Below are positions 58,348 to 64,000 of a stretch of 64,000 bases of DNA, in pieces; the first letter of the stretch is position 1; the number at the start of each line of letters is the position of its first letter. This DNA comes from an uncultured Verrucomicrobiae bacterium (GTDB lineage Bacteria; Verrucomicrobiota; Verrucomicrobiia; Chthoniobacterales; Chthoniobacteraceae). The position numbers were made by a program, and so were the translations under genes. The stretch is from the NCBI GenBank assembly GCA_963836755.1, contig CAWIKF010000002.1, positions 928,001-992,000 on the forward strand, read 5' to 3'. The notes below the pieces were generated by a model. That model was not told the DNA's origin. It made no database searches and was given only the letters and a program-made list of their open reading frames with translations.

Positions 58348-59370
58348 TTACCGCTGCACGCGGCCCGATGCGTCACCTGCGACCAAAGTTTCGACTTCCT
58401 TGAGACTCACGAGATTGTAGTCGCCAGAGATCGAGTGCTTCAGACAGCTGGCGGCTGCTGCAAATTCCACAGCGGCCTGTGCATCCCCGCCAGTCGCCAA
58501 GCCATAAATCAATCCAGCCGCAAAGGAATCTCCTCCGCCGACGCGATCGATGATTTGAATGTCGTAACGCCGACTAAAGTGCGCCGCGCCATTGGTGAAA
58601 AAGAGAGCCGACCAACCATTGCGAGAAGCCGAATAACTTTCACGTAAAGTAATCGCGACACCCTTGAACCCAAACCGCTCGGTAAGTTTTTGCGCAACTT
58701 CGATGTAGCGTTCCTTGTCAATCTCGCCTGCTTCCACGTGAGCGCCCGCGGCCTTGATTCCGAAAACCTTTTCCGCGTCCTCTTCGTTGGCGATGCAGTA
58801 ATCCACATTCGGCGCGATCTTGCTCATGACCGCGTTCGCTTTTTCAGAGGACCAAAGCTTTTTGCGAAAGTTCAAATCGCAACTGACATTCAATCCCATC
58901 TCACGCGCCTTTGCTGCAGCTTCGAGAGTCGCGTCGGCAGCCGAATCCGACAGCGCAGGAGTGATGCCAGTGAAATGAAACCAGCCGGCATCGGTGAAAA
59001 CTTCGCTCCAGGGAACTTCGCCTGGTTTGATCTGCGAGATCGCGCTGTGGGCGCGGTCGTAAAGGACATTGGAAGCGCGTTGCGACGCGCCCGACTCTAA
59101 AAAGTAGATGCCAATCCGGTCACCGCCACGAAGGATTTTCGAGGTATCCACGCCTAACCCACGAAGACCATTGATGGCATCCTGACCAAGTTCATTCTTT
59201 GGAAGCCGAGTTACAAATCTTGCCGGCAGCCCGAACTGTGAAAGAGAAACAGCGACGTTTGCCTCGCCACCTCCATAGGTCTTTTCAAGGAAGGGAGCTT
59301 GCGCGAAACGAAGTTGCCGCGGAGTAGCAAGCCGGAGCATGACTTCGCCAAAGGTGACAATAGTTTTCAT
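58348..59370 (-). CDS. kdgK: 2-keto-3-deoxygluconate kinase (PfkB family)
   Basis: FGEVMLRL, GGGEANVA, YDRAHS, DLNFR, DRVGGGDSF. Confidence 0.9.
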   Translation of the reverse strand: MKTIVTFGEVMLRLATPRQLRFAQAPFLEKTYGGGEANVAVSLSQFGLPARFVTRLPKNELGQDAINGLRGLGVDTSKILRGGDRIGIYFLESGASQRASNVLYDRAHSAISQIKPGEVPWSEVFTDAGWFHFTGITPALSDSAADATLEAAAKAREMGLNVSCDLNFRKKLWSSEKANAVMSKIAPNVDYCIANEEDAEKVFGIKAAGAHVEAGEIDKERYIEVAQKLTERFGFKGVAITLRESYSASRNGWSALFFTNGAAHFSRRYDIQIIDRVGGGDSFAAGLIYGLATGGDAQAAVEFAAAASCLKHSISGDYNLVSLKEVETLVAGDASGRVQR

Positions 59371-59382
59371 GAGATTTGAGAG

Positions 59383-60054
59383 TTAGTTCCGCGTGGTATT
59401 GCGAGTTGCGCGAATAGTTTGCACAGCTTCGGATGCAAGCTTCGTGATCTTTGACCAGTCCTTCTTCTGAATAAGCTCTCGCGGCGCAAGCCATGAACCG
59501 CCCAGCGCGCTGATCAAAGGATCGGCTAGATACGAACCCATGTTGCCTGCATTGATTCCGCCCAGCGGGACAAATTTGACGCCAAGGTGCAGATACGGCG
59601 CCGCAGCAGCTTTGAGATAAGACAAGCCTCCGCTCGGCTCAGCAGGAAAAAACTTGAGCAGCTTGCAGCCATGTTCCAACGCAACTTCCATGTCCGTGGG
59701 AGTGACCACGCCTGGACCAAACGATAGCCCGGCTTCGCGCGCTGCAGCCAGGATGCGCGGATTAACTCCGGGCGAGACGCCGAAGGCCGCTCCGGCCTCA
59801 ATCGCTTGTTTGAGTTGATCAATGGTAAGTATTGTTCCTACTCCCGCAATCATGTCGGGAACTTCAGAGCGGATGCGCATGAGCGCACCGAGTGCAGCTT
59901 CGGTGCGCAGCGTGAGTTCCATGATGTTGACACCTCCAGCCAGCAATGCTCTCGCAAGCGGCACGGAGTCCTCTTCGTTGTCGATGATCAGCACGGCGAT
60001 GATGCCGCATGCCTCGATGCGCGCGGAGAGATTGGGATCGAAAGCAGGAGTCAT
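59383..60054 (-). CDS. eda: KDPG/KHG aldolase
   Basis: ELTLRT, GVGT, VSPG, PGVVTP, LKFFPAE, PLGG. Confidence 0.93.
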   Translation of the reverse strand: MTPAFDPNLSARIEACGIIAVLIIDNEEDSVPLARALLAGGVNIMELTLRTEAALGALMRIRSEVPDMIAGVGTILTIDQLKQAIEAGAAFGVSPGVNPRILAAAREAGLSFGPGVVTPTDMEVALEHGCKLLKFFPAEPSGGLSYLKAAAAPYLHLGVKFVPLGGINAGNMGSYLADPLISALGGSWLAPRELIQKKDWSKITKLASEAVQTIRATRNTTRN

Positions 60055-60055
60055 G

Positions 60056-61207
60056 TCAGGCTGCAAGCGGGGGAAGGTCGAGCCAGCGCCGTTCTTCGCT
60101 GCTTTTCAAGCCGTATTCAGCGAGCTGCACTCCTTTAGCGCCTTCGAGTAAACTCCATCGAAACGGAGTATCGAGCACCACATGCTTCAAGAACAACTCC
60201 CACTGAATCTTAAAGGCATTGTCATAATGTTCCTGCTCCGGAAGTTTCGACCAGCCCTCGTAGAAGTTGATCGGCTGAGGCACGTCCGGATTCCAAGTAG
60301 GCCTCGGAGTATTTCCATAATGCTGAATCCAGACATCTCGCAGCCCCACAATCGCCGAACCTTTAGTCCCATCCACTTGCAAGGTCAGCAAATCATCACG
60401 ACGCACGCGCACATTCCATGAAGAGTTAAAGTGACAGATGATTCCGTTTTCCAATTCAAAGGTGGAGTAGGCGGAGTCATCGGCCGTGCAACGATAAGGC
60501 CTGCCTTCTTCATCGATGCGCTCCGATATGTGTGTCGCAGCCAAACAGGATACTGCTTTTACCGGACCAAAAAGATTGTCCATCACATAACGCCAGTGAC
60601 AAAGCATATCGACCACCATCCCGCCGCCATCTTCACGGCGATAGTTCCAGGAAGGACGTTGCGGTGGGATCGTATGTCCTTCAAAGACCCAGTATCCAAA
60701 CTCTCCTCGAACGGAAATGATGTCGCCAAAGAACCCATTTTCCTTAAGTCGCATGAATTTCAGGATACCGGGCAACCAAAGCTTATCCTGGACAACGCCG
60801 TTCTTAACGCCGGCGTCGCGGCAGACCTGGTAAAGCTTGTAAGCATCTTCTGTGGTGATCGCCGTCGGCTTTTCGCAGTAGACATGCTTGCCTACCTTCG
60901 CGGCTTGTTGCACGGCTTCGAATCGACGCAGCGTGCTTTGCGAATCAAAGTAGATGGTGTAAGCCGGATCACTCATGACGCTATCTAGGTCCGTGGAGTA
61001 TTTCGTCACACTCGTGCGCGAGATCAGTTCCTTGAGCTTGGTTTTGTTGCGCCCGATCAAAACCGGGTCCGGCATAATGGTCTCACTCTCGCTAATCTTG
61101 ACGCCTCCCTGTTTGATGATGGCATCGATGGAGCGAAGTAGGTGCTGATTGGTGCCCATGCGCCCGGTGACACCATTCATAATCACGCCGACTGTGTGTG
61201 TTTTCAT
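60056..61207 (-). CDS. Gfo/Idh/MocA family oxidoreductase
   Basis: NGVTGRMG, HVYCEKP, GGGMVVDMLCH. Confidence 0.88.
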   Translation of the reverse strand: MKTHTVGVIMNGVTGRMGTNQHLLRSIDAIIKQGGVKISESETIMPDPVLIGRNKTKLKELISRTSVTKYSTDLDSVMSDPAYTIYFDSQSTLRRFEAVQQAAKVGKHVYCEKPTAITTEDAYKLYQVCRDAGVKNGVVQDKLWLPGILKFMRLKENGFFGDIISVRGEFGYWVFEGHTIPPQRPSWNYRREDGGGMVVDMLCHWRYVMDNLFGPVKAVSCLAATHISERIDEEGRPYRCTADDSAYSTFELENGIICHFNSSWNVRVRRDDLLTLQVDGTKGSAIVGLRDVWIQHYGNTPRPTWNPDVPQPINFYEGWSKLPEQEHYDNAFKIQWELFLKHVVLDTPFRWSLLEGAKGVQLAEYGLKSSEERRWLDLPPLAA

Positions 61208-61226
61208 AAGTATAGTAGGAAGATGA

Positions 61227-61673
61227 CTAGGAAGGTTTTGCCGTGCATTGTGGTTGAGCGTCCGCAGGAAGCGGAGGTGCGTCGATTCCGGCCTTGGGTA
61301 ACGTGCCGTCCAACTCCTGTCGCCAATGCGCGACATCACCTGCAGGCCCATAGCAATAAATCATGCGCAGCGGAGTATCTCCGATGTTCGTAAGCTGATG
61401 GAAAACGCCGGAGGGAATGTAGACTGCCTGACCGGTAGTCAGCGTTTGACGTTCGTCTCCGAGGCACATTTCGCCTGTGCCCTCGACTACGAAGTAGATT
61501 TCTTCCTGTTCCTGATTGTGCCATGGAACCTGGCCGCCGTTTGGGTCTAGAGTAACGTTACCCATCGAGAAGTTTTGCGCCTGAACGGGAGCTACTCCTC
61601 CAATGAGGTTCTGTGTCAGCCGGCGAGCTGGGTAGCGACGGCCTTCAAGTTTGTTGAGATCGGAAATGATCAT
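61227..61673 (-). CDS. Cupin domain protein
   Basis: PWHNQEQEEIYFVVEG, GQAVYIPSGVFHQLTN. Confidence 0.88.
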   Translation of the reverse strand: MIISDLNKLEGRRYPARRLTQNLIGGVAPVQAQNFSMGNVTLDPNGGQVPWHNQEQEEIYFVVEGTGEMCLGDERQTLTTGQAVYIPSGVFHQLTNIGDTPLRMIYCYGPAGDVAHWRQELDGTLPKAGIDAPPLPADAQPQCTAKPS

Positions 61674-61676
61674 AGC

Positions 61677-63068
61677 TTATGAGTTGGAACTTTCGTGAAA
61701 GAACGTGTGATAACTCTTTCCATCGATAAATCTTTGCAAGTAGGTAGCGGCTTCCCGCGCATGATAATCACCCCACATGCTAGACTCACCGCAAGGAATT
61801 TTCTGGTCCGCCGGTATATAATCCCAGCCGTTCGGCCGATGATAGATGGAGTGAAGGATCAAGCCTTGATGATTTTCGTCCGTGCTGAGGTAAGGATCAT
61901 CGAAAAGAGAATTTAGAACAGTCAATCCGGCTTGAAAGTAGCGTTTTCCATTCGTCTGCTCTCCATGTTGATCAAGATAGTGCCCAAGTCGCAGGAGACC
62001 TTGAGCCGCTATGGCTGCGGCCGAGCTATCCACCGGTTCGTAGTCATTGTAAGGTTCTGCGGGAAGATCCAGATAGTTTCCCAACCTATGAAGAGATGGA
62101 GCGCCAGTGTCCCAATAAGGAATGCCATCTGCGGGAGTATGTTCGAGATAGAAATTGCAAGAGGCCAGAGCGGGTTTTAGCAGCATCGCTTCGATTTTTT
62201 CGCGGCCGCCGAATTCGTCCAACTCCGCGTCCTTCAAGTCGGCGATGAACTCAAGTTCTTCAGCGTAGCCGCACATGATCCATGCCAGGCCTCTAGTCCA
62301 TGTGCTGAAAGGGGAGTAGCCTTGTTGTGAGTTTGGCGCGCGATAGCTTCCATCATTCGGATTGAACAGGCTTTCATGCGCGACTCTGCCGCGGAGATCG
62401 TAGTAATCACGAGCTTCTCCATAGTAGACTGCGAAGTCTGCTGTAGTCCGCGCATGCTCCAACAAGCGTCGTAACAGCGAGATTTTAGCATCCTTTTCTC
62501 CCATGAGCAGATGGCCTAGCTTGTGCGAAAGAGCGAGTGATCGAAGTGAGCGAATAGTATCCGCGAACAAAGATTGCGGTCCGTTGAAGGAATAGATGTA
62601 ACCTTCTCCGTTTGAGATCTTCGTCCAGCGGGTTGCCTGCACGGCGCCAGAGCACTTTAACGCCAGTTCGTAGCAGTTCCGCTGCCACTCGTTTTCGGGG
62701 ATGCGGCCTTCGTTCATCATGCGCCATAGGTTGCCATAGGTGCTGACGTTGTTGAAGCCATGGTCGTGCACGCCGACGTGGGTGAGATGATGCGCCATCC
62801 GCGTGATGGTGCGGTCGCGTCCCAGCTTTAGAAAAGCCTCGTCGCCCGTGGCTTCGAATTGCAGGAGCGCTGAGCCGTAGACAAAGCCTTGTGTCCATTC
62901 GGTCCAGCCGCGTGCCGTATATTTTCCCTCCACGGTATACACAGGTGTCGCTTGTCCAGGCTTATCGGTCTTATCGATGGAGAGTATCTTCGGAGCGGAT
63001 ACTTCCCAGAGCCGGCGAATTTTTTTTGCCAGGTCACCAGGTTGTAGTGCGAAATCGATCTTGATCAT
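61677..63068 (-). CDS. GH88-like unsaturated glucuronyl hydrolase
   Basis: WTQGF, HDHGF, WTRGLAW, DSSAAAIAA, WGDY; no signal peptide. Confidence 0.8.
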   Translation of the reverse strand: MIKIDFALQPGDLAKKIRRLWEVSAPKILSIDKTDKPGQATPVYTVEGKYTARGWTEWTQGFVYGSALLQFEATGDEAFLKLGRDRTITRMAHHLTHVGVHDHGFNNVSTYGNLWRMMNEGRIPENEWQRNCYELALKCSGAVQATRWTKISNGEGYIYSFNGPQSLFADTIRSLRSLALSHKLGHLLMGEKDAKISLLRRLLEHARTTADFAVYYGEARDYYDLRGRVAHESLFNPNDGSYRAPNSQQGYSPFSTWTRGLAWIMCGYAEELEFIADLKDAELDEFGGREKIEAMLLKPALASCNFYLEHTPADGIPYWDTGAPSLHRLGNYLDLPAEPYNDYEPVDSSAAAIAAQGLLRLGHYLDQHGEQTNGKRYFQAGLTVLNSLFDDPYLSTDENHQGLILHSIYHRPNGWDYIPADQKIPCGESSMWGDYHAREAATYLQRFIDGKSYHTFFHESSNS

Positions 63069-63076
63069 GAGACCAG

Positions 63077-63868
63077 CTATAAACTGCGGAGGTGAAAGCC
63101 TCCGTCGATGTTAATGATGTCGCCGGTAGAAAAAGGAAAGTGTCCGGAGATGATGGCTTCGACAGCCTTGCTGAGATCATCAGGAGCGCCCCAGCGTCTC
63201 TGCGGGACCAACCCGGCCTTTATCAACGCATCGTATTTATCTTTGACGCCGGAAGTCATATCGGTGGCCATGATGCCCGGACGCAGTTCCATGACTTGAA
63301 TGCCTTCCGCCGCGAGCCTGTTCGCCCATAGCTGTGTTGCCATGGCGAGGCCTGCCTTTGAGATACAATATTCGCCGCGGTTGAGCGATGGGACTGCCGC
63401 GGAGAGCGATGAGACAAAGATGAGCTTGTAGCCAGCCGGGAGTAGACTTTGACCCGGATGTTTCAGCCAATGGCGCGCGACGAGTTGGGAAAGGAAGTAA
63501 GGTCCTTTCAAGTTCACATCGATGACTTCATCGAAGACCGTTTCGTTCGCTTCCGTAATATCGGCGCGCTCGCGAGGGGCAATGCCGGCGTTGTTGATGA
63601 GCGCGTCGATGCGGCCGAGCGCGGCGAGCGTTTTTTTAAAAACCTCGCGCCGCCCTTCGTCAGTGCCGATGTTGCCGGAAACTGTGGGAAAACGCTGCGC
63701 AGTATCGATCGCCTGCCCGGCACACGCAGCTGCAGTTTCCTCGGCAGCTTTTTCATTGGAAGCAAAGTGGATGGCGACGCTGATGCCGAGCCGCGCGAGA
63801 CCTTCCGCGATGCCGCGTCCCAAACCCCGGCTCGCGCCTGTGACCAATGCGACACTCTCCGGTTTCAT
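63077..63868 (-). CDS. Short-chain dehydrogenase/reductase
   Basis: TGASRGLG, INNAG, YCISK, PGIMATDM, IDGG. Confidence 0.9.
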   Translation of the reverse strand: MKPESVALVTGASRGLGRGIAEGLARLGISVAIHFASNEKAAEETAAACAGQAIDTAQRFPTVSGNIGTDEGRREVFKKTLAALGRIDALINNAGIAPRERADITEANETVFDEVIDVNLKGPYFLSQLVARHWLKHPGQSLLPAGYKLIFVSSLSAAVPSLNRGEYCISKAGLAMATQLWANRLAAEGIQVMELRPGIMATDMTSGVKDKYDALIKAGLVPQRRWGAPDDLSKAVEAIISGHFPFSTGDIINIDGGFHLRSL

Positions 63869-64000
63869 TGCGGCGATGAAGATTTACGAAAGCTTGAAAG
63901 ACCGAAGTAGTATGCCACGGGGAGGCGCATCATGCCCGGACGCCTTTTTATTTCAAGAAAATTAGACCGCGCGCAGAGTTATGGCGTCAAGGTTCAAGCG

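Noticed and set aside
1..64000. CRISPR arrays, tRNA/rRNA genes, IS or prophage genes, defence systems
   Set aside because: No spaced direct repeats, cloverleaf signatures, transposase, integrase or defence motifs were seen; intergenic gaps are short and mostly accounted for

Overview
GC-rich bacterial chromosome segment. Gene content and ribosomal-protein sequences suggest Verrucomicrobia (Chthoniobacterales-like); this is inference only. In order, the window holds: a DUF1501/DUF1800 pair; rpmI-rplT-pheS-pheT followed by a 6S RNA; yebC; an NAD-dependent epimerase; a TonB-dependent receptor-exbB-exbD-tonB cluster plus a two-gene permease, preceded by two palindromic boxes; an O-antigen-ligase/TPR-PhyH-secreted protein unit; murein peptide catabolism genes; hom-thrC; an ECF sigma factor; the str-S10-spc-alpha ribosomal superoperon (23.9-41.6 kb); a GH18-NodB-GT2/GH26 polysaccharide operon with tatD; msrA; a TPP enzyme (frameshifted)-enolase-FAD/Fe-S cluster; a lone RND pump; and a lower-GC GH88-cupin-Gfo-eda-kdgK uronate cluster. 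Most notable: (1) a secreted coiled-coil/beta-domain gene inserted between rpsS and rplV; (2) SecY with an extra C-terminal hydrophobic helix; (3) loss of tuf, rpsN, rpmD, infA and rpoA-rplQ from their usual positions, with structured RNA leaders at several operon junctions; (4) a probable metal-repressed outer- plus inner-membrane uptake system. No CRISPR array, tRNA, rRNA or mobile element was seen. All calls come from motif recognition by eye; no searches were run.
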